A stretch of DNA of 64,000 nt from Chiloscyllium plagiosum (taxonomy: Eukaryota), in contig NC_057734.1 in assembly GCF_004010195.1 (NCBI RefSeq), forward strand, positions 29,857,564-29,921,563, given 5' to 3'. The notes beneath the pieces are model-generated. The model searched no databases, was not told the origin of the DNA, and saw nothing but the letters and a program-made list of their open reading frames with translations. Made by a program: the position numbers and the translations under genes. Below are positions 1 to 12,779 of the stretch, piece by piece (positions within the stretch are counted from its first letter, which is position 1; every line of letters starts with the position of its first letter).

Positions 1-192
1 TTGAGTTTTGTTTGTTTGTGTTTTTTTTTCTTTTCGTTTTTTTTTGTTTTGTTTTTTTTCTTTTTTTGTCAAATTTTGGTTATTGTATATTTGAGCTAAT
101 TGTATATCAATGTTTATATCTGAGAGTTTTGTTTATTTTTGTAAACTTGTAAAAATGTTAAATTTCTAATAAAAATATCTATAAAAAAAAAG
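1..192 (+). mobile_element. 3' tail of a poly(A)-terminated non-LTR element (L1-like)
   Basis: T-rich 3'UTR-like tract, AATAAA at ~168 followed by an A-run. Confidence 0.45.
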
Positions 193-772
193 AAAAGCGT
201 GCCTCGTGTTGTAATCTGTTAAACTGTAAGTCACAGAGAACTCCCAATTTCCATTATTTAAACAATACTAACAAATTATTTTCCTAACTCTAATAGTGAA
301 CACTAAACAATAATTACTAACAAATCCAAGCTCTCCTTCTTCTTAACTACTTACTATCCGACCCCAACTCTATAAAACATGCTATTCCAATAACACACTT
401 TTTAAGCATTACATTAACTTAATTTCAAGACCACACAGTGTTTGTCTTCTCTGCGGTCTTCAATTTTCCATTTGTTGATATCCTTGGTTTTCTTCTTTCT
501 TTTTACTGCAAGTATGTTTTAAATGAAAAAGTACTTTTGATAGAGCGTGCTTTCTAATTTTTTATGAGCAAGGTGTTAGATGGGCAGTTTGCTCTCCAAC
601 TCTACAGCAGTTGCTTGGCTGATCAATGGCAGTTCCTTTCTGCCTTTTTGAAATACACCCTAACATCATACCATCTCATTGGTCCAATGTTGTCAAAACA
701 ATAAATTAGAATTCGATTGGGTTTTAATATCCTGGGCATATTTTAAACTAATTGGTTAAATTCAAAATGTTA

Positions 773-905
773 GGAGAAAGTGAGGACTGCAGATGCTGGA
801 GACCAGAGTTGAAAAATGTGGTGCTGGAAAAACACAGCAGGCCAGGCAGCATCTGAGGAGCAGGAGAATCGACATTTTGGGCATAAGCCCTTCTTCAGGA
901 ATGAG
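773..905 (-). mobile_element. Penelope-like element family A, solo terminal repeat (hammerhead degenerate)
   Basis: Closely matches the copies at 2273-2404, 51511-51632 and 53876-54004, and the 3' end of the GIY-YIG-bearing copy at 42255-42738. Confidence 0.75.
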
Positions 906-1489
906 CAAATGTTGGCAAAGCAGCAACCAAAACTCAGGTATCCATTTAACAGCCATTTACTATGTGTTTATATTTTGTAACAGTTTGTCTCCCAGCAATT
1001 CCATTTGGGCAGCTGAACCTGCACTTTAAGTTTACTTCAAAATTCAGAAAACACATTCTATTTTAAAGTGAACATACATGCTTTTGACTTCGTAACACTC
1101 GCACCACCATTTGTTGCCTATCAGTAATATTCCTGAACTTAATGGTTTCATGGGCCATTTCAGAGTGCAGTTAAGAGTCAATCCAAACCTGGAGTCCCAT
1201 GTAGACCAGATCAGGTCAGGATGGCAGACTTTCTTCCTCAAAGGACATTAGTGATCCAAATGGATCTTTATGACAATTGATGGTACAGCAGCTTTTGTGT
1301 TAATTTCAGATTTTATTAATTTAAATTTCACCAATTTGAACATACTTGCTCAGGAGATTTATCTGGATCTCTGGATTACTATTTCAGTGACAGTCCCACT
1401 GCACCATTGTCTACCACATTTATCCCAACCCCACATGTATTCAACAATGGTCTATCCACAGTTTTCTGAGGTTGAGAATTCTGAAGTTT

Positions 1490-2850
1490 TACAATGCTTT
1501 GAGTGCAATAATTTCCCCTCATTTCAGTCCTAAGTGAACAGGCCTTATCTTGAGACATTGAGCACTGAGTTTTAGTTCCTCCAACCAGCAGAAACAAACT
1601 CTCAGCATTCACACTATCAAGATTCTTCAGAATATTGTATATTTCAATTAGGCTGCCTCTCACTCTTCTAAACTCCATTGGACAGAGCTGAAAATGTGTT
1701 GCTGGAAAAGCGCAGCAGATCAGGCAGCATCCAAGGAGCAGGAGAATCGACGTTTCGGGCATAAGCCTTTCTTCAGGAATGAGGAAAGTGTGTCCAGCAG
1801 GCTAAGATAAAAGGTAGGGAGGAGGGACTTGGGGGAGGGGCGTTGGAAATGCGATAGGTGGAAGGAGGTCAAGGTGAGGGTGATATCTCTGACAGAATCA
1901 GTTTTGTTAGCACCAGCCTGGTCAATTGGTAGTGGAGTATTTGTTAAAATAGATAGCCTCTCTCACATATGTCAAGTGCACATTGATAATTTCTATCAAA
2001 ATATTTATGATTTAGCTGACTTATATTGCTCACTCATGAGGCATGTGCCTGATTAATATGTGAGAGATGGGGTGTGTATGTGTGGTAACCCGACTGAATT
2101 TCATGTCCTGGTAGTTCAATTTTCACTTGCTGTCATATTTTAGCACTTCTGCAGATTGGTACCTTTCAAACTTTCTTCAGGGTCACAAAGTAATTGAGTG
2201 GCAGGTGAAAGTAGGCATGCTGTGAGCAGGTGTAACCGTTGCACTTGGAGAGTAGATTGGATTGAAGAAGGGCTCATTCCTGAAGAAGGGCTTATGCCCG
2301 AAACATTGATTCTCCTGCTCCTTGGATGCTGCCTGACCTGCTGCGCTTTTCCAGCAACACATTTTCAGCTCTGATCTCCAGCATCTGCAGTCCTCACTTT
2401 CTCCTCCATTGGACAAAGGCCATTCCTATACAGTTTTTCATCATAGAGCAACCCTTTTATCCCAGGGACCAATTTACGGAATCTTTGTAATACTGCCTCC
2501 AATGGAAATATATCCTGCCTTAAATATGGAAATCAAACCACCATGCAGTCCAATCTAGATGTGCTCACCAAACTTCCACACTATTATAGCAAATTTTCCT
2601 TATTTCTATACTTCAACCTTTGAGCAATAAAGGTCAATATGCTATTCACCTCCCTAACTGTTTGCTGTATCTGTTTCTAACTTTCTGTGTTCAGTGCTTA
2701 ACTACATTCACTGAACGTCAGCATTTATAACTTTCAAAAACAATTCTGCTTTTTTAATCTTGTAACCTCACACTAGTCTACATGATAATCCATCTGTCAT
2801 GTTGTCCATTTGCTTAACCAGCCTATGTCTCTTTGTAATCTCTGTCTGCC
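1490..2850 (-). mobile_element. Old CR1-type LINE 3' fragment interrupted by a PLE-bounded insertion (1685-2403)
   Basis: Minus-frame RRVRGSLIEIYNILKNLDSV resembles the CR1 RT C-terminus; the LINE sequence resumes after the 12-bp repeat CTCCATTGGACA. Confidence 0.65.
1685..2403. mobile_element. Composite insertion: inverted PLE-A end + ~380 bp unrelated DNA + PLE-A end, with 12-bp TSD
   Basis: CTCCATTGGACA at 1673-1684 and 2404-2415; PLE-A at 1685-1885 (-) and 2273-2404 (+). Confidence 0.75.
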
Positions 2851-4084
2851 CTCCTCATAGTTTACACTTGTTGTGCCTTGGTTCCCAATGTTATCTAAAG
2901 TTGGTGCCACAACAGGTGAAGAAGACTTTGGTTCTGACTTCACGTGTTTCTGCTTAATTACTTAGTCATGAGTCAGTCATAAGTGTTAATAGTTACTCCA
3001 CTCTGCTATTGACTTTCTTCCACCTATACCCTCCTAACCCCCTCTCTCCTCACCAGCCCACCCTTGGGATCCATTTGAAAAGTGGCAGTAAGTAAGAAGA
3101 CAATATTCTCACAGTGAAGAAGAACAAGGAAGGAGCGCTCTCAGCAGGAGCCCATTAAAAAAAAACTTTGCAAGGAGAACTCACTTCCAAAAGGCAATAA
3201 TTAATTGAAAAAAGTGCAAATTGTTAAATCCTCTTGTTGCTAAACAAACAGCATGAAGGCCTGGAGAATACAAAGCACCATTATTAATTCCAATGGAAGT
3301 TCCATTAAGTAGGTATTAGCAAGATTCTAATTTGTGCAATCAGGTGCCAACAATGATGCCACTGAGACTGCCAGTTTGGTAAGAAGAGGCAAAGGCTTCC
3401 AGTCTCCATTGCGTACACCTCAATATCCTGTAACTTTACATTCTCCAGTTTTTCTGTTTCTTGCTTTTGTTTTCTACTGTTCATAAATAGCCCTCTCCAC
3501 TTCACCAGTGTGCTCATACTATATTAGAAAACCTGGATTTCTGGCTCTCTGTCTTAAGCCACCGAAAGTGTATGACTCAGCATAAAATACGAAAGCAGCA
3601 GTTTGGATTAAAACAATTAAATGCCATCTGCAACAACAAGTGCACAGAGCCTGAACTCTACAATCTGATATTGGAAATGCATATTCTCCAGAATAAACCG
3701 AGATACTGCTGGCAAATGGAAGATAACATGGGCCAATTCATAAAAGTAAGAAATGTACATTATCTACAGAAACCTGATGCTCAGTGGAATATTCAATAAA
3801 TTCTTTTCTAATATTGAAACAGTAAAAATCAATCCAATTCACCAGAATTAATTGGAAAGGGAATATGATTGTTCTAATTCTGTTATTGCATTTTACCATT
3901 TCATTTTATCTGAGAGAACAGCTGCAATGATAAAAGCATTAAAGAGAACATTTCCGTAATTTCAAAGAAATCTGACATTTCAACATATTGCATACCAATG
4001 GAATGGTTATTAAAGTTATCAAAGTCTGAATGCCTCCAAAGTTCAGTGATTCATTTTAGTATGTTTAACAAAATTAAGCTGTGG

Positions 4085-4290
4085 AAAGTTAAAAATCACA
4101 CAACACCAGGTTATAGTCCAACAGGTTTAATTGGAAGCACTAGCTTTCGGAGCGATGCTCCTTCATCAGGTGATGAAGGAGCAGTGCTCCGAAAGCTAGT
4201 GCTTCCAATTAAACCTGTTGGACTATAACCTGGTGTTGTGTGATTTTTAACTTTGTACACCCAGTCCAACACTGGCATCTCATAAATCAT
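4085..4290. mobile_element. PLE family B end as a 170-bp palindrome (4085-4254) plus 3' extension
   Basis: 84-bp arms with a 2-nt centre; same sequence as the inverted ends of the GIY-YIG element at 48499-49668. Confidence 0.85.
4138..4172 (-). ncRNA. Minimal type-I hammerhead ribozyme motif (PLE-B)
   Basis: CAC-CUGAUGA-A-GGAGC(AUC)GCUCC-GAA-AGCU-A|GUG: intact core, stem I CAC/GUG, palindromic AGCU in place of stem III. Confidence 0.7.
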
Positions 4291-4547
4291 AAGCTGTGGA
4301 AGATTTTCAATTTTTAATACAAACTGTTTCAACACCTTTAGGAGACATTCAGTAACACAGAAAATACATTAGCAGTCTCTGAGTAGAATTGTTTTACAAA
4401 AACTGGAACAAAGTACTAAAAATATGACTTCAGGCTCTAAGTTTCTTGTAAAATATTAGATTCAAATTTACAAGCTGTTCAGAACAGGTGTAAATTCAGG
4501 AAATTTGAATGAGCTGTACTTTTCAGTGGGCGTACAGGTATGTCTAT

Positions 4548-4875
4548 GAATCATAGAGTCACAGAGTCATGTACAGCATGTAAACAGGCACTTCGGTCCA
4601 ACTGTCGATGCCGACCAGATATCCTAAATAAATCTAGTCCCATTTGCCAGCATTTGGTCCATATCCCTCCAAACCCTTCCTATTCATGTACCCATCCAGA
4701 TGCCTTTTAAATGTTGCAATTGTACCAGTTTTCACCACTTCCTCTGGCAGCTCATTCCATACACGCACCACCCTCTGTGTAATAAAGTTGCCCTTAGGTC
4801 CCTTTTAAATATTTCTCCTTTCACTTTAAACCTTTGCTCTCTGATTTTGGAACCCAAACCCAGGAAAAAGACCCG
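4548..4875 (-). mobile_element. CR1 LINE 3' end fragment
   Basis: Reverse-complement match to 9290-9630, including the short tandem-repeat tail. Confidence 0.8.
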
Positions 4876-5084
4876 GGAAAAAGAGTTGTAGAGTAAGTAT
4901 TAGTTCACTTTTATTTGTACCACTACTGAGACCAATGGGGATTTCCACTGGTTCATCCAGATACAGAAGAAACATTTTCAACTTATAAAATCAGGGATTC
5001 ACCTTATAGATGCAGGCATAATAAATCTTAGCTTGTCTGATTCAATATTTATAATTCTATGTTTACATTCTATATTTCTTTTGT

Positions 5085-5225
5085 TCGTTTTTCTATTTGT
5101 ATCTAAGATTTGTACCTAAGTACTTTGTACCTAAGATGGCGCTGTGAGAGGTGACATTTAAACTTTTCACTGTACTCCTGTATTACTGTACTTGAGTACA
5201 TGTGACAATAAACCTAATTCTAACT
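5085..5225 (+). repeat. Non-LTR element 3' tail (copies at ~27720-27870 and ~45470-45600)
   Basis: Shared GTACCTAAG..GATGG(C/T)G..CTTTTCACTGTAC..TGACAATAAA signature in three places. Confidence 0.6.
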
Positions 5226-7059
5226 CTAGTCGATAAGAGTAATCAAAAATGGCATCCTGAAGTCCATGAATCCACCTAAATTTGTGGTTGTTTCGCAATT
5301 GTTTTGCAAAGATTCAATGAGGCAGAAAATACTGGGATAAAAAAAATAGGAAAATGGAACCAAAGTAGACCATTCAGCCCCTTGAGCTGTTTCACCATTC
5401 AATGGGTGATCTGTGGCCTAAATCCATATACCTTGCCTTTGGCCCATATCCTGTAATAGCTTTGCTTAACAAAAAAAAAACCTTTCTCAGATTCAAAATT
5501 AACAACTGATCCTGATCAGCTGCTATTTGTAGAAGCGAGTTTCAAACCTCCACCACCCTTTGTGTGTAGAAATCCTTCCTAACATCTCTCCTGAATTGTC
5601 TGGTCCTAATTTTTTTGACTAGCTCCCTAATTCTAGAATCTCCAGCCAGTGGAGATTACCTACTCTGCCTTTTCCTGTTATTCTCTTGAAGACTTTGAGC
5701 AGACCACTGTAGCACATCCTCACACCTCTGTATTAAAGCAGAGTGGAAGAACATAGGGAAGAATAATTGGAAAATGATACATCAGCTTCAGGATCTATTT
5801 CAGTGTTTCACATGAAATCTTAACAGAAACACAGATAGCAAAACAAGTATGATGGATCAAATCCAAAACAGCTTGAAATACAAACTTCAAGGAAGCAACC
5901 TTAGTTTCACATCGACTGTGCATAGATTGCTCCGGGCACAACTGAACTTTGAAAGCATGAAAATGCAAGTAAGTCTTCTTTGTGCAAAAATTATCAGACT
6001 GCATCTTGGGATTCCTGAAAAATAACTTGTTATCCACATTTTATCTGTTTTTAACTGATTTATCCACTTCAGAGCTTCTGGTTATTGATATGGTTTTGGT
6101 CTCACAGCACAAGTCATCGTTCAGGATCTCTGTCGCGAGCCAGACTTTCAGCTACTTAAAAACTAATCTCTATCCAACCTGGGGAAATGTTCCAGAGGTA
6201 TACAGCAGGAAATTAAATTGCAAAGCTAGGTACTGGGCAACCAGACACATCAAGCAGATTTGCAGTGTGGTCTCATTGCATTTCCATGAACACAAGGAAA
6301 CACTTCATTAAATGACACACAGACTGGTGCAATATTATCAGAATCAGCCACTTAAGTTTGCAACCTTGACTGACTTGACTTCAACTACAGCAGAAAAGTG
6401 CACCGACCACTCTGAAAGTGATGCTATGAATTGTATAATGTTAGTGTGCACTAATACCCCAGATCTCAAAACAGTGTTACACATCACCTGGTCAAATATA
6501 TTGGACAACATTGAAGTAATATATTGCATAAGACTTGGCTAATATATTGGACAATACTGGGCCAATGATCTAACACCATTGACTGTGAAGTGTGTGAGAC
6601 CTTGGCTGGGGACAGAATCCAAAAGGCAGTCACTTCCGGATCGTATGTGCAAGAGCGGACAACATTAAATGGAGATTATTTCATGAAAGTTCTGTTAGCT
6701 CTAATCACACATCATAAAAAATGCTCTTTACACCTTTACACCTTTACTAACAAGTTGACCTTGTTATTTTCTCTACTAATTTTATTATTACTGCAAAACA
6801 TAGATAAAGAATATACTATAGTGCACTGCATAGTCATAAGTTTGATGAAATGCGAAGAGACTAGCTGGAAATGAATCCTCTATTGAACACACTGATGAAT
6901 TTGTATGAAAGTAAGAGTGATAGTAAATTAAATTGTACTTGCTGAGGACTGATCAAGAAGGTGGAGGACTAAAATGAAACATAAAATAATAGCTGTTCTG
7001 TGAATTGGAACTGGGATTTGCATGATGTCAAATTCCTCTAAAGACAAAGCAATACAGAA

Positions 7060-9630
7060 ATGATCACCTTATTGGGATTGTATTATAGACCCCCTAATAG
7101 TCAGAGGGAAATTGAGAAACAAACTTGTAAGGAGATCTCAGCTATCTGTAAGAAAAATAGGGTGGTTATGGTGGGAAATTTTAACTTTCCAAACATAGGC
7201 TGGGACTGCCATAGTGTTAAGGGTTTAGATGGAGAGGAATTTGTTATGTGTGTACAAGAAAATTTTCTGTTTCAGTATGTGGATGTACCTACTAGCGAAG
7301 GTGCAAACCTTGACCTACTCTTGGGAAATCAGGCAGGGCAGGTGACTGAGGTGTCAGTGGGGGAGCACTTTGGGTCCCGCGACCATTATTCTATTAGATT
7401 TAAGATAGTGATGGCAAAGGATAGACTAGATCTCAAAGTTGAAGTTCTAAAGTGGAGAAAGGGCAATTTTTACGGTATTAGGCAAGAACTTTCAAAAGCT
7501 GATTGGGGTCAGATGTTCACAGGTAAAGGGACAGCTGGAAAATGGGAAGCCTTCATAAAGAGATAACGAGAATCCAGGGAAAGCATCTTCCTGTTAGGGT
7601 GAAAGGAAAGGCTGGTAGGTATAGGGAATGCTGGATGACTAGAGAAATTGAGGGATTGGTTATGAAAAAGAAGGAAGCATATGTAAGGTATAGACAGGAT
7701 AGATCGAGTGAATCCTTAGAAGAGTATAAAGGAAATAGGAGTATACTTAAGAGAGAAATCAGGAGGGCAAAAAGGGGACATGAGATAGCTTTGGCAAATA
7801 GAATTAAGGAGAATCCAAAAGGTTTTTACGAATACATTATATACAAAAGGATAACTAGGGAGAGAATAGGGCCCCTCAAAGATCAGCAAGGCGGCCTTTG
7901 TGTGGAGCTGCCGAAAAGGGGAGAGATTAAACGAATATTTTGCATCAGTATTTAATGTGGAAAAGGACATGGAAGATATAGAATGTAGGAAAATAGATGG
8001 CGACACCTTGCAAAATGTCGATATTACAGAGGAGGAAGTGCTGGATGTCTTGAAATGCATAAAGATGTATAAATCCCCAGGACCTGATCAGGTGTACTCG
8101 AGAACTCTGTGGGAAGCTAGAGAAGTGATTGCTGGGCCTTTTACTGAGATATTTGTATCATCGAAAGTCACAGGTGAGGTGCCGAAAGACTGGAGGTTGG
8201 CTAACGTGGTGCCACTGTTTAAGAAGGGTGGTATGGACAAGCCAGGGAACTACAGACCAGTGAGACTGACGTCGGTGGTGGGCAAGTTGTTGGAGGGAAT
8301 CCTGAGGTACAGGATGTACAAGTATTTGGAAAGGCAAGGACTGATTAGGGATAGTCAACAAGGCTTTGTGGGAAATCATGTCTCACAAATTTGATTGAGT
8401 TTTTTGAAGAAGTAAAAAAAAGGATCGATGAGGGCAGTGGTCGATGTGATCTATATGGACTTCAGAAAGGCGTTCGACAAGGTTCCCCATGGGAGACTGA
8501 TTACCAAGGTTAGATCTCACGGAATACAGGGAGAACTATCCATTTGGATACAGAACTGGATCAAAGGTAGAAGACAGAGGGTGGTGGTGGAGGGTTATTT
8601 TTCATACTGGAGGCCTGTGACCAATGGAGTGCTTGAGTCCTCTACTTTTTGTCATTTACATAAATGATTTGGATGCGAGCATAAGAGGTACACAGTTAGT
8701 AAGCTTGCAGATGACATCAGAATTGGAAGTGCAGTGGACAGCGAAGAAGGTTACTTCAGTTTACAACAGGATCTTGACCAGATGGGCCAATGGGCTGAGA
8801 AGTGGCAGATGGAGTTTAATTTAGATAAATGTGAGGTGCTGCATTTTGGGAAAGCAAATCTTAGCAGGACTTATACACCTAATGGTAAGGTCCTAGAGTG
8901 TTGCTGAACAAAGAGAACGTGGACTGCAGGTTCATAGCTCCTTGAAAGTGGAGTCATAGGTAGATAGGATAGTGCAGGAGGCATTTGGTATGCTTTCTTT
9001 TATTGGTCAGAATATTGAGTACAGGAGTTGGGAGGTCATATTGCAACTGTACAGGACATTGGTTAGGCCACTGTTGGAATATTGCATGCAATTCTGGTCT
9101 CCTTTCTATCTGAAATATGTTGTGAAACTTGAAAGGGTTCAGAAAAGATTTACAAGGATGTTGCCAGGGTTGGAGGGCTTGAGCTATAGGGAGAGGCTGA
9201 ACAGGCTGATTCTGTTTTCCCTCGATCATCAGAGGTTAAGGGGTGACCTTTATAGAGGTTTACAAAATGATGAAGGGCATGGATAGAGTAAATAGACAAA
9301 GTCTTTGCCCTGGGGTCGGGGAGTCCAGTACTAGAGGGCATAGGTTTAGGGTGAGAGGGGAAAGATATAAAAGAGAACTAAGGAGCAACTTTTTCATGCA
9401 GAGGGTGATAGGTGTATGGAATGAGCTGCCAAAGGAAGTGGTGGAGACTGGTTCAATTGCAACATTTAAAAGGCATTTGGATGGGTACATGAATAGGAAG
9501 GGTTTGGAGTGATATGAGCCGGGTGCTGGCAGGTGGGACTAGATTGGGTTGGGATATCTGGTCGGCATGGACGGGTTGGTCCAAAAGGTCTGTTTCCATG
9601 CTGTACATCTCTATGACTGTATGACTCTAT
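7060..9630 (+). mobile_element. 5'-truncated CR1-clade LINE; decayed ORF2 (endonuclease end + reverse transcriptase)
   Basis: Frameshifted ORFs with YYRPPN, GNFNFPNIGW, LDLLL, KSPGPD, PGNYRPVRLTSVVGKLLE, DFRKAFDKVPH, LFVIYINDLD; 3' tail CTCTATGACTGTATGACTCTAT. Confidence 0.93.
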
Positions 9631-10019
9631 TTGTACATTCCCTCTGCACCGAATTGTTTATCACTTCTTTCATAAGCTCTATTATAGCATTTTATGTTTG
9701 TGAATAATGATTTGGCCACTCCCAGTTTGTGGAATGAGCTATTCTCGTCTCAGTTGCAGATGGAAGGTTGGTTGCAGTGTATTCTGAGAGATCAAACAGC
9801 TTTCATTGCTCCAATGAATATTAATTGCATCAACAATAAACATTAGGGAGATTGTCTCACATTGGAGTCCACATGAAATAAGTCCTGCAGGCATTTGTGT
9901 ACACTAATTATGCAGTTGGCTCTCACTTCAAAGGAATGTAATTAAAGAGATAATCTGTTCTAGAAATATGTACATTTGTTTAATTTTAATATTCCTACAT
10001 TTTGTTTCTTTAAGGGAAT

Positions 10020-10468
10020 GCAATGGACTAGTTGTATTATTGCTGGACTGCTAATCCAGAAACCCTGGTAATGTTCTGGGGACCTGGGTTCGAATCCTGT
10101 TATGTTAGATGGTGGAAGTTGAATTCAATAAGCATCTGGAATTAAGAGGCAAATGAGGACCATGATTCCATTATCAATTAGAGTCATAGAGCCATAAAGC
10201 ATGGAAACAGACCCTTCAGTCCAACTTGTTCATGCCGACTAGATAGCCTAACCTAATCTCGTCCCATTTGTCAGTACTTGTTGGGAAATTGTTGGAAAAT
10301 TCTGTCTAGTTCACTAAAGCCCTTTAGGAAAGGAAATCTGCAATCCTTACCTGGTCTGGCCTACATGTGACACCTGACTCATAGCAATGTGATTGACATT
10401 TAACTGCCCTCTGGACAATAAATGCTAGCCTAGCCAGCAACACCCTCATCCTGTTAATGAATAAAAAC
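10020..10468 (+). mobile_element. tRNA-derived SINE with L2-like tail, interrupted by a CR1 3' fragment (~10180-10280, -)
   Basis: B-box GGGTTCGAATCC at 10086-10097; related pieces at ~38230-38395 and ~51187-51300. Confidence 0.6.
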
Positions 10469-12779
10469 TATTGTAAGTAGAGGCACTGTCATTATTCTGG
10501 AGATGTACAAACTGTACTAACATTTAGTACAGGTTCTAAATGCCCCTCTCCTCCCCACCTGCACCTAATACCTGCTAATTTAATATCAGTGATACCACAA
10601 GTCCTTTGACTGGATTTTGTTTTTCCTTTTATTAAAGAAGCCTACATGTGCATATTAACACAAATTCCACCACTTCCCCCTCCCCCCCCCCTCCCCCCCT
10701 CCCCCCCTCCACCCCAATCCCCGTTCTCCCAGTGATGAATCAGCCAATTTATATGTTGGGCATCTTTGGAACCAGGGTTCTGTCCTGTACCAAAGGACCA
10801 CCGAGTAACCTTGATCCTTTATCTGCACTGCTCCTTCTATGTCAGTCCACTACTTTCATTTGTTTTCGCTAAGGATATGAATGATTATCCAAGCAGCAGC
10901 AAGAGCATCTATTTGTCAGGTCACTTGTATCCTTTGCAGAGGAGCAGGTTTATTTGTTACAGTTGGCATCACAGCAAAAGCAACAACAGGGGACATCTAG
11001 CTTTGTTGCTTTCCCGAAGCTCCAGACATTTTTAAAAATAGCTATACATAATCTCTTTGCATAGTCCCACTGAATAGCCCAGGCTGTTGGTAGACAAATC
11101 TAGCCTGTGCACCCGCAGACAACGAATCAAATAAATATTCTTCCTCAGTCATGTTAAAGCATTTCTCACCCTGATTAATTCAAGTTGACCTGAAAAACAC
11201 ATTGTCTTCCTACACCACAGTATTATATTCTCTAAGCACATTGTTTGATTTCTTTTTTCATTGCAGGCATTATTGGCAGCTTTAGAGGCATTTTGGACAC
11301 AGCAGGACACAATTCCATCAATGGCAAATAAGATTAATAACCAGTTAATGTATTTTGGTGGTGCTGCTGGTGAAGAATATTGGCTGGACACAAAAACAAA
11401 CAGTCCTTGCCCTCTTTAAAACATGAGATGGAATCATATGCAGTCACAATCGGTTTTCTCAGCTGAAACAAAAATACAACAATCACTTGTTTTTAATGAG
11501 CTCAGTTAGCAGGATATTGCCACATCATTCATAACTTACGGACACAGTGTTCTTCTGTCTTGTCGTGCCTTGCCTCTGAGCGCATAAGGCTGCTTGTCAT
11601 GTTAGCCAGCAGTAATTAGTCAAGGGGGTTGATGCGTTGCTTTATCGCACCACTGTACCTCAATGACACATCTGGAGTATATGCAAGCAGCCTATATGGC
11701 AAACATACTGAATGTATTTCCATCAAATGTCCATTTCTGAAAATCTAAGAGAATAATCCTCAGACGAGTTAAGGGGATCTGTTGTCAATCAAGGAGTACC
11801 AGTACCATAAGTCAAAAGCATTGACTGCTATCCATCCAGGGTTTTTGGAACAGTCAGTTGGGCACTTGGGGCAATGAGGATTCGAATTCCATATATGTCC
11901 TGAGAGTGGGCCATCTTCAGCCCTTCAGGTTGGGTATTACCCAACAAGGGATTAATGGTCAGTCAGACGGGAACTGTACAGAGATCAACTAGTGATCAGC
12001 TGGGATTGTTTTTCTATGTTGGTTGAGTGGTGTGAAGACGTTATGTTATGCTGGGCTTTGGGGAAAGAGTAGCAACCCTCTACGCATGATATGGAACTCG
12101 GGACTGGTAGCCTATGTAGTGTGATTCTTGTAACTGTAGTTATTATGACAATCAGACAGGTGATGATGTAAATTGGCAATGAATGTGAGCATCTATTTCC
12201 AATGATGTGTCACCTATGAGCCCTCAGATGCTATTCCTTCTGTTTTTCCCTCCCAGGTTTTGTGCACACCTTTTCATGACTGACGGCAGTTGACCTGATG
12301 CACCACGGGACTTCAGGTATGGCATGAGGAGCTGAAATCCTGGAATGCCCCAGGAGAAGTGATGAGTACATAAGAGTGTTGCCAGAGAGGCATGGTGCAT
12401 ATAAAGAATCAAAAGATTTTACAGTGCAGAAGTAGCCCAGTTGACCCAACTGTCTGTACCAACTCCCAAAGTGAGTTGCGTGAGAAAACTCACTGGTGCT
12501 CACAAAACCCTCCACGAAACTCCCAGAAATTGACACTGAGCTGAATCTGGTCAAATTCAGCCCAGAGTTAAGGGATGCTTAACAAATGGCGAAATTCAAG
12601 GAGTGGACAATAAATTCTTCCAGAGGACCTCATTGGGTTTGGAACTTAAATTTTTTTTTTTAAATTGCTGGACTTTTATGTAGTTCTAATCAGGTTGTGT
12701 CCTCTGAGGCAGGTGACACACTATCATTGAATGAGAAGACTCTTCAAGGCAATAGGTTGAGGTCGAGGTTCAGCCAGCG

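Noticed and set aside
3998-4335. Two opposite-strand ORFs sharing [23 protein letters not shown]
   Set aside because: A consequence of the palindrome, not a gene pair.
7060-9630. Possible active LINE or domesticated RT gene
   Set aside because: Multiple frameshifts and stops plus 5' truncation; an ordinary dead CR1 copy.
10675-10715. C-rich tracts (also 36438-36458, 56657-56690, 63468-63600) with G-quadruplex potential
   Set aside because: Low-complexity runs common in this genome; no independent evidence of function.
11149-11391. 80-aa minus ORF with a hydrophobic stretch (possible BRI3BP or secreted protein)
   Set aside because: No ATG start, no resemblance to BRI3BP, and it overlaps a decayed Deu-type SINE.
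11800-12560. Possible Harbinger transposase remnant or non-coding exon (12257-12317)
   Set aside because: Similarity too weak to support; the exon-like segment has stops in all three frames.
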